From contig CAZBRD010000016.1 in the NCBI GenBank assembly GCA_964494205.1, forward strand, positions 11,077 to 75,076: DNA of 64,000 nt, read 5' to 3'. The DNA comes from an uncultured Phycisphaeraceae bacterium. GTDB taxonomy: Bacteria; Planctomycetota; Phycisphaerae; UBA1845. The position numbers were made by a program, and so were the translations under genes. The notes under the pieces are model-generated. The model was given only the letters and a program-made list of their open reading frames with translations, was not told where the DNA came from and ran no database searches. Below, in pieces: positions 38,906-47,877 of this stretch (position 1 is the first letter of the stretch; every line of letters starts with the position of its first letter).

Positions 38906-39736
38906 TTAAAACTCGCACCATTCAAACCCCTGCTCCTCATACGAAATGAGCACAACGTTGCCGTTGCTGTTCACTTCGATCTCCCACAACCGGTGGCAAT
39001 CGCAACCGTCGAAGCAGTCCCAGAAGCCGTCATCAATCGAGTAGCGATACGTCGTGCCAAGTGCTGTCACCGTAATCTGATCATCCAATCCAATAAACCC
39101 GTTTGGCTCCGCATAGTTGACTGCCGCCAACGCCGTATACTCCTGCGCCAGCAACGGCACATTCAGACTTCCACAGAAAGTCAACACAAACGTCGTGCCG
39201 AACAACACATCCTCTTCAGTCACCTGATAGAACCGGTTCAACTCCTTGTATTGCAGCAGCGATTGCCCGTTGATCAACGCTACGATCATCTCGTTCGGAA
39301 CGTAGTCCTCATCGTCCACCACCGAAACCAGCGCCGGATACTCTTCGCGAATCAACGCAAGGTCTTCAACGATGCGCTCGTATTCCTCATCCGGCGCTCG
39401 CAATTCGCCCGAGACAGCCATCGCCAGTTGTTCCGCTTCCGCGTTGGCGCGAGCCAACCCGTAATCGAAATAATCCAAACCAAAGTACTCAAGCTCTTTG
39501 CGATAATCGCGCAAATCCACGTCGCCATCATCGTCGACGTCGGCAATCTGCCCATCCGTCGGGTTGCAGACAGCCGATTGCTGCGGACCGCCCAGGCAAC
39601 TCGCGATCAATGAGTAATCGCCCAGGTCAACCGCGGCATCGCCGTTCAGGTCGCCAAGCCCGACGCAGGTCTGCTGTGCGAAAAGTGCCGCGGAGTTCAC
39701 GCCGAACAGAATAATTGCAGCCAGAAATGCTTTCAT
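38906..39736 (-). CDS. Secreted protein with N-terminal dockerin-like (paired EF-hand) module
   Basis: Signal peptide; GDLNGDAAVDLGDY...ADVDDDGDVDLRDY; C-terminal DCFDGCDC; GGAGG RBS. Confidence 0.8.
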   Translation of the reverse strand: MKAFLAAIILFGVNSAALFAQQTCVGLGDLNGDAAVDLGDYSLIASCLGGPQQSAVCNPTDGQIADVDDDGDVDLRDYRKELEYFGLDYFDYGLARANAEAEQLAMAVSGELRAPDEEYERIVEDLALIREEYPALVSVVDDEDYVPNEMIVALINGQSLLQYKELNRFYQVTEEDVLFGTTFVLTFCGSLNVPLLAQEYTALAAVNYAEPNGFIGLDDQITVTALGTTYRYSIDDGFWDCFDGCDCHRLWEIEVNSNGNVVLISYEEQGFEWCEF

Positions 39737-39899
39737 GTTTCCAACCTCCTCTAGACCATCGTGGCCGATCACCGATGCGATCACCAGTGCCATCATTGTA
39801 ATGGGTCCGTATCCGTCACGTCATCGACGATCTGCGATTTATACGCTAAATTACAGGTTTACCGCGTCGCGCGGTTTGGCAGGGGGGAGGGAATGCGAA

Positions 39900-41498
39900 G
39901 TGCGTGTCGCTCAGTTTGTAGCCGCTCTCATCGCCGCCACAATTTTTGTTTCAATTCGTCCAGTACGAGCCGACGTCAATCTCGAGTGGCGACCTGCCTA
40001 TCGCGCCGCCTCGCACAATCAGCTTGTCGACATCAGCCTTTACGCAGTCTCTGACAATGGAACAAATCAGCCGTTCGGTTTCGTCGACGCCGTGCTTCAT
40101 TGGGACCCGACCAAGCTTCAGCTGAACGCCAAGATAAACAACAACGCATACAACTGGACCGTCTCCGATTTTCCAAATGACTCCGCACTCGATGGCCTTA
40201 ACGAACCATTTACCGGTCCGTCACCGTTTCTCCCCGCCAACGATGGCGACGCGTTCTATCAGGCGAGCCGCGCGTTCGAGCCCAATCCACCGCCGATCGC
40301 CACGCCGCAGGGCCTGCTGATCGTCACGTTTCGTTTTCGCGCCATCATGAACTGCGGCCCATCATCGCTGGTCCTGGCCGCAACCGGCGGCCCCAACACC
40401 GAGTCTCGCGTTCTCGACAGCGAGGTTCCAGGGTTTGTGATCACTGGAACGCTCGGCCCGCCTTCGGTCGTCGAAGTGTCATGCAGTGACACTCTTTTTT
40501 GCAACGGACTGGAAACCTGCAGCAACAACGCGTGCGTCTCGGGAACGCCTCCCTGCTTCGGACAAACACCCTATTGCTCCGAGCCCACCGACACCTGCGC
40601 CGAATGTCTCAATGACTTTCAATGCGACGACGGCGTGTTCTGCAACGGCGTCGAGCATTGTATCAGTGGAATATGCAATGCAGGCAGTGACCCCTGCCCC
40701 GGCAAATTCTGCAACGAAACAACCAACGTTTGCTTCGAGTGTTTCTCAGTTGCCGAGTGCGACGACGGCGTAGACTGCACGCTCGACATTTGCAACAACG
40801 GCCAATGCATCAATTTCACCGACCATTCGATTTGCGATGACGGCATCTTCTGTAACGGCCCCGAGTATTGCCATCCCGTCAACGATTGCACCTCAACCGG
40901 CAACCCTTGCCACGATCCCGATTCGTGCAACGAAACCAAGCTCACGTGCGGCTATTGCCCTGGCCCGACTGTAACCGCGGTAGGCCCCCGATACTTCACC
41001 GTTACCGCACAACCCGGGGTCAATCCCATCCTGATGCTCGTCACCGGCGACGCCACCGACGAAACGATTTCCTGCCTTTCGCAGTACATTCAGCCAAGCG
41101 GCTTGCTCGGCGACATTCCCGTCATGCAAACGCCCGATCAATGGGCCACCACGATTGTCGCCGATCTGGAAATTCGCCCTCGAAAAAAGTACCGCGTCTG
41201 CACCACCTGCGAAGATGGCCGGTACTCCGATATCACCGAAATCACCACCTGGCGATATGGCGACGGAAACAATACGGGAACTGTGACGCTCGATGACGTC
41301 CTCTGCATGTTGAATGGATTCTCAGGAACCTTCGGCGACCCACCGGTGAATTGCACGCTCTACGGCGTCGATCTACAAGGTCCAAGCTGCGTCCCCAACA
41401 AGGTCATCAGCATTGACGACATATTGGGAGTCCTCAACGCCTTCAGCGGCCAGACCACACTTCCGCCCAACTGTCCAGATACATGCACCGTACCTTGA
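39900..41498 (+). CDS. Secreted protein: cohesin-like domain, Cys-rich repeats and C-terminal dockerin-like module
   Basis: Signal ending VRA; VDISLY..VLHWDPTKLQL..LLIVTFRFRA; CDDGxFCNGxExC repeats; GDGNNTGTVTLDD...VISIDDILGVLNAF; GTG start after GGAGG. Confidence 0.75.
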   Translation: MRVAQFVAALIAATIFVSIRPVRADVNLEWRPAYRAASHNQLVDISLYAVSDNGTNQPFGFVDAVLHWDPTKLQLNAKINNNAYNWTVSDFPNDSALDGLNEPFTGPSPFLPANDGDAFYQASRAFEPNPPPIATPQGLLIVTFRFRAIMNCGPSSLVLAATGGPNTESRVLDSEVPGFVITGTLGPPSVVEVSCSDTLFCNGLETCSNNACVSGTPPCFGQTPYCSEPTDTCAECLNDFQCDDGVFCNGVEHCISGICNAGSDPCPGKFCNETTNVCFECFSVAECDDGVDCTLDICNNGQCINFTDHSICDDGIFCNGPEYCHPVNDCTSTGNPCHDPDSCNETKLTCGYCPGPTVTAVGPRYFTVTAQPGVNPILMLVTGDATDETISCLSQYIQPSGLLGDIPVMQTPDQWATTIVADLEIRPRKKYRVCTTCEDGRYSDITEITTWRYGDGNNTGTVTLDDVLCMLNGFSGTFGDPPVNCTLYGVDLQGPSCVPNKVISIDDILGVLNAFSGQTTLPPNCPDTCTVP

Positions 41499-41560
41499 AA
41501 CCGGCGGATCAGGTTAATCGACTATGTGCTCTTTGAAGTAGCAATAGCGTTATCATGTAC

Positions 41561-41647
41561 TGTCACGTAGTGACATCGCGAGAATAGCCCAGCATTTCAA
41601 TGCTGGGTACTGGGTCGATACGCGAGCAGAAGTGCCGTAGGCACGAC
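41561..41647 (+). repeat. Three-hairpin repeat family E (TAGCC subtype)
   Basis: TGTCACGTAGTGACA..AATAG-CCCAGCATTTCAATGCTGGG..GTGCCGTAGGCAC; copies at 51479 and 51811. Confidence 0.8.
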
Positions 41648-41791
41648 TGAAGGTCCTTGCTCAATGCACCAGTTTCAGATGGGATGCGTGTCAGCTGAAT
41701 AATAACCAGGTTCGTTCGCACCCAGCTCAATGGCCTGCTGCCCAATCCCAATTGCCTCTTCACAAAATCGCCCAGATGAATAAGCGTTCGC

Positions 41792-42283
41792 TCATTCCTT
41801 CACAACCTCATGAAAGAACACTTCATCCGTGGTCGTGTTCAAAATCGCCACCGTCTTCGGATTCGCTCGCTGCAGCGCGCCCGGATTGATCACCCGCCGC
41901 CGACCAATCTTTTCATTTCGCCACACATGCGTGTGACCGTGCAGCAGATAATCCACGTCCATCGTCCGCACAGCGTGGTCAAACCCGGGCTCATGTCCGT
42001 GATACACGGCGAACGATTTGCCATCGATCTCAAAACGCAACGGGACTTCTTCCGGAATGGCAATTCCCACGGTTTGAAGATACGCAATCAACGGACCATC
42101 AGGATCGTCCGTGTTTCCCCACACGAACCGCACATCGCGCCCTACGAATTCATCGAAAACCGCACGATCGCCCACATCTCCGCAATGCACAAAGATTTCG
42201 ACGTTCTCTGCGTCGAACAATTCCAGCGCACGCCGCACAGCCTTGCGCTTCCCATGACTATCCGAGAGAATCCCAACCAACAT
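41792..42283 (-). CDS. YfcE/MJ0936-family metallophosphoesterase
   Basis: SDSHG, HCGD, GNTD, YHGH, HGHTH and NPG motifs. Confidence 0.92.
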   Translation of the reverse strand: MLVGILSDSHGKRKAVRRALELFDAENVEIFVHCGDVGDRAVFDEFVGRDVRFVWGNTDDPDGPLIAYLQTVGIAIPEEVPLRFEIDGKSFAVYHGHEPGFDHAVRTMDVDYLLHGHTHVWRNEKIGRRRVINPGALQRANPKTVAILNTTTDEVFFHEVVKE

Positions 42284-42316
42284 GACGCGAGTCTACCACG
42301 CCCCGACCCACTCCGG

Positions 42317-43153
42317 TCAATCATTCTCCGGCAAATATCCCCAATAAAGTTTCGGGTGATCCCAGATGCGCACAGGATTGCGGAATTTCGCGTCCTTAAC
42401 GAAATCTTTGTCTTTGAAGTCCGCGACGCTGCCATCGAGATACAGCACATTGGCAGCCTTGCGATGCAGCGTCCCATGACCGGTGAATGTATCCCCCACG
42501 CTCGCAGGATCACCGTTGGGCGTATTCGGCAAAGTGTCCAGCATGAACACGGTGTGCGGTTTGCGATCAAAGTCCGACGCGCGCACGTGTCGCCCGACCG
42601 CATCCGGAAACCCCGGCGTAATCCCCGAACCGTCACTGCCGCCCGTTCCGTCGAGTACGCGATTCATCGCATAGTGGAACTGATTCTTCCCCGACTCACT
42701 CGTGTTCAAATGACTGATGTTCTTCGAAGGACAAATCCACACGTGCGCCTCGGGCAATTCGCGAATGTCTATCCCCGCGCCTTCAATGTCTTTGTATTTG
42801 CGCATCTCCAGATACGGCGGAAGCAGATTGTACCAGGCCTTCTTATCGTTGATCGCTTCGACGGTAGGGATCGCCGATCCTTCCGTGGGAAGAAAATCCT
42901 TGTTGTCGCAGCGGTATTGGTACATCGCGATTCCCCATTGACGCAGGTTCGTCTTACAGAGAACCAACCGCGCCTGGTCCTTCGCCCGCCCAATCGAGGG
43001 CAGCAATATCGCAATGAGCAACGCGACGATCGCAACAACCACCAGCAGTTCAATCAGCGTAAATCCGCTGCGCACATATTGATTCGCTCTTGATCCGCGA
43101 AAGTAACGATGGCGACCGTTCCCTAAAACGGAATTCCCATTCACCATAAACAT
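42317..43153 (-). CDS. Prepilin-type N-terminal cleavage/methylation domain protein with H-X9-DG motif
   Basis: GFTLIELLVVVAIVALLIAILLPS..CKTNLRQ; C-terminal HRKAANVLYLDG. Confidence 0.92.
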   Translation of the reverse strand: MFMVNGNSVLGNGRHRYFRGSRANQYVRSGFTLIELLVVVAIVALLIAILLPSIGRAKDQARLVLCKTNLRQWGIAMYQYRCDNKDFLPTEGSAIPTVEAINDKKAWYNLLPPYLEMRKYKDIEGAGIDIRELPEAHVWICPSKNISHLNTSESGKNQFHYAMNRVLDGTGGSDGSGITPGFPDAVGRHVRASDFDRKPHTVFMLDTLPNTPNGDPASVGDTFTGHGTLHRKAANVLYLDGSVADFKDKDFVKDAKFRNPVRIWDHPKLYWGYLPEND

Positions 43154-43273
43154 GCACGCACACTCCTTAAAGCAATGCGCACATCGTGCCATTCCATTAG
43201 CCGCGAAAGTGCAAGTGATTTTCAGAAAGGATGCGACCGCGCCCGTCGCGAAGGAGAAATTATACAAACGCGC

Positions 43274-43861
43274 TTATCGCTTGCCAGAAGTATTTAGGCG
43301 TACGGATCGACAACTCAAATCAAATACGTCATACAATGCTTGATCAATTGCCCCGTTTTTCACAGACATGCAAACAATGCAAGTCGCGCGCGAGTTAATT
43401 GCGGCAATTCGTGCGACTACACCATCAGCCAATCCCGCCAATTCCACGCCAGTGTCTTTGCCAATTTCACCTTTGCGATCAGTGATCGCAATGTCGCGTG
43501 TTCCGCCGCCCAACTCCTCAGGCAATCCGAGGATCGCGTCACGGGCCAGTTCATGCAATTCAGCCGGCTCGACGCTCGGTAGATACCAGACCGTGATAGC
43601 GGCATAATCGCCTTGATTCGCATAACCCACCAAGGTGGCGCGACGTCGCTCCAAGTCGATGCCAATACGGTTGAACCCCTTGGGGGGATTGAACTCAATG
43701 GGGAGGGGGTGAAGCGAAACCGCAGCCCCAAGCGGGTTCTTCCGCCGCTCTTCCGTCAACCGATACGCCAACCCCGTCGTTACCACTAGCAACCCGATCG
43801 CCATCAGTAACGCACGCCTTGGCTTGGCCTCCTTCAGAGTGGAATGCACCGTAATGAGCAT
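43274..43861 (-). CDS. Hypothetical membrane-anchored protein
   Basis: 195-aa ORF with one N-terminal TM segment. Confidence 0.6.
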   Translation of the reverse strand: MLITVHSTLKEAKPRRALLMAIGLLVVTTGLAYRLTEERRKNPLGAAVSLHPLPIEFNPPKGFNRIGIDLERRRATLVGYANQGDYAAITVWYLPSVEPAELHELARDAILGLPEELGGGTRDIAITDRKGEIGKDTGVELAGLADGVVARIAAINSRATCIVCMSVKNGAIDQALYDVFDLSCRSVRLNTSGKR

Positions 43862-43945
43862 GGCGCGATGCTAGGCTGCGAGGAGGCAGCAAACAAGCGT
43901 AGGATCACGCAGCAGTAACGGCCACATTAGTCCCTTTGGATAGCG

Positions 43946-43974
43946 TTGACGGCGGCACGCGCCTTGCATAGATT
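43946..43974 (+). promoter_or_regulatory. Sigma-70 promoter of the hpf-PTS operon
   Basis: TTGACG-N17-TAGATT. Confidence 0.7.
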
Positions 43975-43980
43975 CTTAAA

Positions 43981-44206
43981 GTTCGGCAGCGAGCTAAACC
44001 GCGCGGATAGGATCTCTAGAGAACCTGCCGAAAGTCGCGGGGTTCGACCCTAAGTGCGGGCCGCCGTAGGGGCGGATCGCTTGTAAGCTTCGATGATTAA
44101 ATTACTTATCTCCGTATCCGTGCCGCACGACCTGAATGTCGCACGCGTCGGGGTGCGTCTTCGCTCACTGAAAGTCAAAGACGCCTCGCTTTGGGAGGAT
44201 TGAGCC
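43981..44206 (+). ncRNA. Candidate structured RNA or long 5' leader upstream of hpf
   Basis: ORF-free 225 nt between promoter and RBS with several helices, e.g. 44001-44009/44115-44123 and 44155-44161/44178-44184; family not identified. Confidence 0.4.
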
Positions 44207-44530
44207 GTGCAAGCAATTATCACAGGCCGCCATGTCGAAATGACGGACGAAGTTCGTGCTCAAGTCAACGAAAAAGTCCAGAAGTTAACCCGCTTCTACG
44301 ACCGTATCCACGAAATCGAAGCCATCTTCGACCACGAGTCCGACCAGTTCACCTGCGAACTGATCGTGCGTGTGGATCATAAGAACACGTTCGTAGCCAA
44401 GGAGCTGGGTCCCGATGCCTTCTCGCTGGTTGATCTATGCGTGGACAAAGTCGAGCGCCAGATCAAAAAGCACAAGGAAAAGAGCAGAAGTAAAAAGGGC
44501 GGCGTCTCCGCGGATGGAACAACGCACTAA
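44207..44530 (+). CDS. raiA: Ribosome hibernation factor HPF/RaiA
   Basis: MQAIITGRHVEMT...KVQKLTRFYD...VDKVERQIKKHKEK; GGAGG RBS. Confidence 0.93.
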   Translation: MQAIITGRHVEMTDEVRAQVNEKVQKLTRFYDRIHEIEAIFDHESDQFTCELIVRVDHKNTFVAKELGPDAFSLVDLCVDKVERQIKKHKEKSRSKKGGVSADGTTH

Positions 44531-44635
44531 GAGCGTGTAACAATACTCCCTCTCCCTCTTAGACGGAGAGCGACCGATTAGGGAGCACGACGGGGTTGGG
44601 GTGAGGGTCTCTTTGGCAACGATACCCAGAGGCTC
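44531..44635 (+). mobile_element. MITE-like element (105 bp), family B long form, with TAA target-site duplication
   Basis: TAA|GAGCGTGT...AGAGGCTC|TAA; the left TAA is the hpf stop codon; core nearly identical to 30423-30505. Confidence 0.75.
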
Positions 44636-44725
44636 TAAGTCGACGCGCCCCAGTTCTTAATGGTCGAAAGCGTGCGAAGTGCCCATCTCGTGGGTCAACA
44701 GGCAATCACCGGGTGAGTGCGGACT

Positions 44726-45211
44726 ATGGCATCAGGGTTTAGACTTTCCGACGTAATCCAAAAAACAGCGGTCATCCCCGAATTGGCTTCCACCGAACGC
44801 AACGGCGTCATTCGCGAGATGATTCAGGCGATGGCCAACTCCGGCGCTATCACGCAGGAGCATGTCGAAACGCTCAGTCGCTCTGCCATCGCCAGAGAGA
44901 ATCAGGGTAGCACAGGTTTCGGCAAGGGCGTAGCCGTCCCGCACGTGAAGCACGAGAGCTTGCCGAAGCTGTTTGCAACGGTGGCCCGATCCAGTGCGGG
45001 CGTCGACTTCGCCGCTCTAGATCGCGCCCCCGTGTATACAGTGTTCATGTTGCTCAGCCCAACCAACGCTCCCGAGCAGCACTTAGCCGCCATGGAGCGA
45101 ATCTTTCGCTATTTGCAGCGCGACAATTTTCGAAAGTTCCTTCGTCAGGCGGACTCCGCCGAAGCCATACTTGATCTCATCAAGGAGGCCGACGACCAGC
45201 AAGATGGGTGA
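44726..45211 (+). CDS. PTS EIIA component (Fru/Ntr type)
   Basis: RENQGSTGFGKGVAVPH and GVDFAALDRAPV motifs. Confidence 0.93.
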   Translation: MASGFRLSDVIQKTAVIPELASTERNGVIREMIQAMANSGAITQEHVETLSRSAIARENQGSTGFGKGVAVPHVKHESLPKLFATVARSSAGVDFAALDRAPVYTVFMLLSPTNAPEQHLAAMERIFRYLQRDNFRKFLRQADSAEAILDLIKEADDQQDG

Positions 45212-45268
45212 TCGCCTCTCGACGAACCATGCGAACCGGCCAATGCTCAAACTTGAATCAGAAAAGGC

Positions 45269-45586
45269 TTGCCATCCTTGTCCAACACCGAAAACCATGC
45301 CGTCCGTGATGTCTCCGTTCCGAACAGGGAAGGGTTGCACGCGCGCCCGGTTATGCGTTTTGTCGAGGTGGCAAGCCGGTTTCAGGCATCTGTGTCGGTG
45401 ACCAACATCACCCGCAACCAGGAAACCGTAGACGGAAAAAGTCCGATGCAGATGATGTTGCTGGAAGCCACGCAGAACAATGTTCTGCGAATCGAAGCCA
45501 AAGGGGCGGATGCAGAAGCATTGGTTGAGGCATTATCGGCCCTCGTTGCCTCCGGCTTCGATCCGGAGAAAGTCAAAAATCCGTGA
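45269..45586 (+). CDS. ptsH: Phosphocarrier protein HPr
   Basis: GLHARP and DGKSPMQMMLL motifs. Confidence 0.93.
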   Translation: MPSLSNTENHAVRDVSVPNREGLHARPVMRFVEVASRFQASVSVTNITRNQETVDGKSPMQMMLLEATQNNVLRIEAKGADAEALVEALSALVASGFDPEKVKNP

Positions 45587-45713
45587 ACGGCGGCCGGTCG
45601 CGAATACCGGACGCAAGGCACGGGAAGGAAGCGAGAAAATGGGGCGTGAGTGTGTCGAGACGCAGCAGGCAAAGAATGGATGCGTCGAGTCCCCCCGCGC
45701 CACGTTAGACGCA

Positions 45714-45747
45714 GGGTGGCATGGTCAAGCCGCAGCTTGGCCATGGC
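45714..45747 (+). repeat. REP family A copy upstream of ptsI
   Basis: GGGTGGCATGGTCAAGCCGCAGCTTGGCCATGGC; differs from the RAYT-flanking copy by one compensatory pair (C-G to T-A). Confidence 0.9.
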
Positions 45748-45798
45748 AAATGGCCATAGCGAATGCAGGATCGTTGTTCTGGAATCTGAGTATCAATC

Positions 45799-47541
45799 AT
45801 GGAAATCCTTCGCGGAACCGCAGTCGCCCCGGGAATCGCCATTGGCGAAGCGGTCATTCTTGACGCAGAGGATTACCGCATCCCTTATCGCACAGTCCCC
45901 TCGACCGAGATTCCCAACGAGTTGGCCAAACTCGACGAAGCCTTCAAAACTTCCGTCGCCGAACTGCACGAACAAACCTCCTCTTTGGGCAACCAGTTAG
46001 GCAAGGACGCCGCCAATGTCTTCGAGTGGCACATCGGTGTCCTCAATGATGAACGTCTCCGCAAAAGCATCGAACAACTTATCAGTGAAAAATCAGCCGC
46101 AGCCGCTTACGCCACCAGCAGTATCATGCGCAACTACCAGCGCCGCTTCATGCAGATGAGCGATCCGCTGCTGGTCGAGCGCATTCGCGACGTTCAGGAT
46201 ATCGAGCGACGTCTGCTTCGGCACATTCTTGGCGATACGCGCGAAGACCTCGCGCACTTGACCAAATCGGTCATCGTCGTCGCGCACGACCTCACACCGA
46301 CGCAAACAGCCCAGCTCGCGGGCACCAAAGTCCTCGGCGTCGCATTGGATGTGGGTGCTGCGACGTCACACACCGCCATTCTCCTTCGCTCATGGGGTCG
46401 CCCCGGCGTCATCGGACTCAAGGACGTGACCACGCGCATCAGCGGCGGCGATACGCTCATCATCGACGGTTCGAACCAGCTGATTATCGCCAATCCCACT
46501 GACATCACACTGGAAGAATATCGCGTCCGGCAGGAGGCCTTCGAACGCCTCTCGCACGAGCTGGATGAACTAAGAACTCTCCCCGCGATCACTCGCGACG
46601 GCGAGCGCATTAACCTCAACAGTAACATTGAGTTTCCGCAGGAGGCCGCCAGCGGCATCGAAAAGGGTGCTGACGGTGTTGGCCTGTACCGCACCGAGTT
46701 TCTCTACCTTCGTCCGCAAGGCGCCCCGTCAGAAGACGAACAATTCGAAGCCTACAAGGAAGCGATCGTCGGTGCGCAGGGCGCTCCGGTGACCATCCGC
46801 ACCTTCGACCTGGGTGCCGACAAATACACCCAACAGCGAAACTACGAACAGGAGCGAAACCCGATGCTGGGGCTTCGGTCGATCCGTTTCAGCCTCCAGC
46901 ACCTTGACGTTTTCAAGGTTCAGCTCCGCGCAATTTTGCGGTCATCCGTCTTTGGAAACGTTCGCGTCATGTTCCCGCTGATCTCCAGCCTGATGGAGTT
47001 TCGCCAGGCCAAAATGGCCCTGCACGACGCGATGGAAGACCTTGAGGATTCAGGAGTTCCGTTCAAACGGGATATTCCGGTCGGCATGATGCTCGAAACC
47101 CCCGCCGCAGCCATTCAGATCCGTGAATTCTGTCGCGAGGTCAATTTCGTCAGCATCGGAACCAACGATCTGGTTCAATATCTACTCGCCGTTGACCGAG
47201 GAAATGAGCGGGTCAGCATCTTCTACAACCCCTCACACCCCTCGGTGTTGAGGGTACTAAAAGACGTCGTCCGGGCATGTACATCGGCTTCCATAGACTG
47301 TAGCCTATGTGGTGAAATGGCGGGGCAGCCGCTCTACACGATGTTCTTGCTCGGCATAGGGTTGCGGAACCTGTCCATGGCTCCGGGAAATATCCCGGAA
47401 GTGAAAAAATTGATTCGGTTGATACGGTTGCCACAGGCACAACGGGTCGCTCGACGCGCGCTTAGCTTTGAAACAGAACGTCAGGTAACGAACTATCTGC
47501 GCGACCAGACGAAGAAGCTTCTTCCCGAGGATCCGTTTTAG
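45799..47541 (+). CDS. ptsI: PEP-protein phosphotransferase enzyme I
   Basis: TSHTAI, GLYRTEFLY, NPMLGLRSIR, SIGTNDLVQY and LCGEMAG motifs. Confidence 0.96.
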   Translation: MEILRGTAVAPGIAIGEAVILDAEDYRIPYRTVPSTEIPNELAKLDEAFKTSVAELHEQTSSLGNQLGKDAANVFEWHIGVLNDERLRKSIEQLISEKSAAAAYATSSIMRNYQRRFMQMSDPLLVERIRDVQDIERRLLRHILGDTREDLAHLTKSVIVVAHDLTPTQTAQLAGTKVLGVALDVGAATSHTAILLRSWGRPGVIGLKDVTTRISGGDTLIIDGSNQLIIANPTDITLEEYRVRQEAFERLSHELDELRTLPAITRDGERINLNSNIEFPQEAASGIEKGADGVGLYRTEFLYLRPQGAPSEDEQFEAYKEAIVGAQGAPVTIRTFDLGADKYTQQRNYEQERNPMLGLRSIRFSLQHLDVFKVQLRAILRSSVFGNVRVMFPLISSLMEFRQAKMALHDAMEDLEDSGVPFKRDIPVGMMLETPAAAIQIREFCREVNFVSIGTNDLVQYLLAVDRGNERVSIFYNPSHPSVLRVLKDVVRACTSASIDCSLCGEMAGQPLYTMFLLGIGLRNLSMAPGNIPEVKKLIRLIRLPQAQRVARRALSFETERQVTNYLRDQTKKLLPEDPF

Positions 47542-47564
47542 TGTTCCGTCAGTCGCGTATCGAT

Positions 47565-47598
47565 GGGTGGCATGGTCAAGCCGCAGCTTGGCCATGGC
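47565..47598 (+). repeat. REP family A copy downstream of ptsI
   Basis: Identical to 45714-45747, same orientation. Confidence 0.9.
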
Positions 47599-47877
47599 GA
47601 ACGCAATAACGCCTTCAATACCCCGTCGATGTCACGCTGATCACCACACCGTGCCCAAGTGGCTTGCCTGAGCAATGCTCGGGCGTGTGATTCGCCAGGA
47701 ACTCTTGGCCTTTGGTTGCGTGGTCAGGCTCATCTTGATCGCGAACCGAGGGCTTCTTCCGGGGTAACCCTTCGCACGATCGCATCAACCGATTTGTGAC
47801 CATACCGCGCCGCGTCCATGATGGGCCGCGATGCTGCGGTTGAAATCGGCGACAGCAAGAGTCAGAAAGTTCGGCGC

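Noticed and set aside
41810-43093. 427-aa plus-strand ORF
   Set aside because: Antisense to two well-supported genes (phosphoesterase and prepilin-type protein); no recognisable domain
43985-44066. tRNA-like fragments (AGCT..GGATAG, GGTTCGACCC)
   Set aside because: No 7-bp acceptor stem, canonical T arm or anticodon arm can be built; treated as part of the candidate leader RNA
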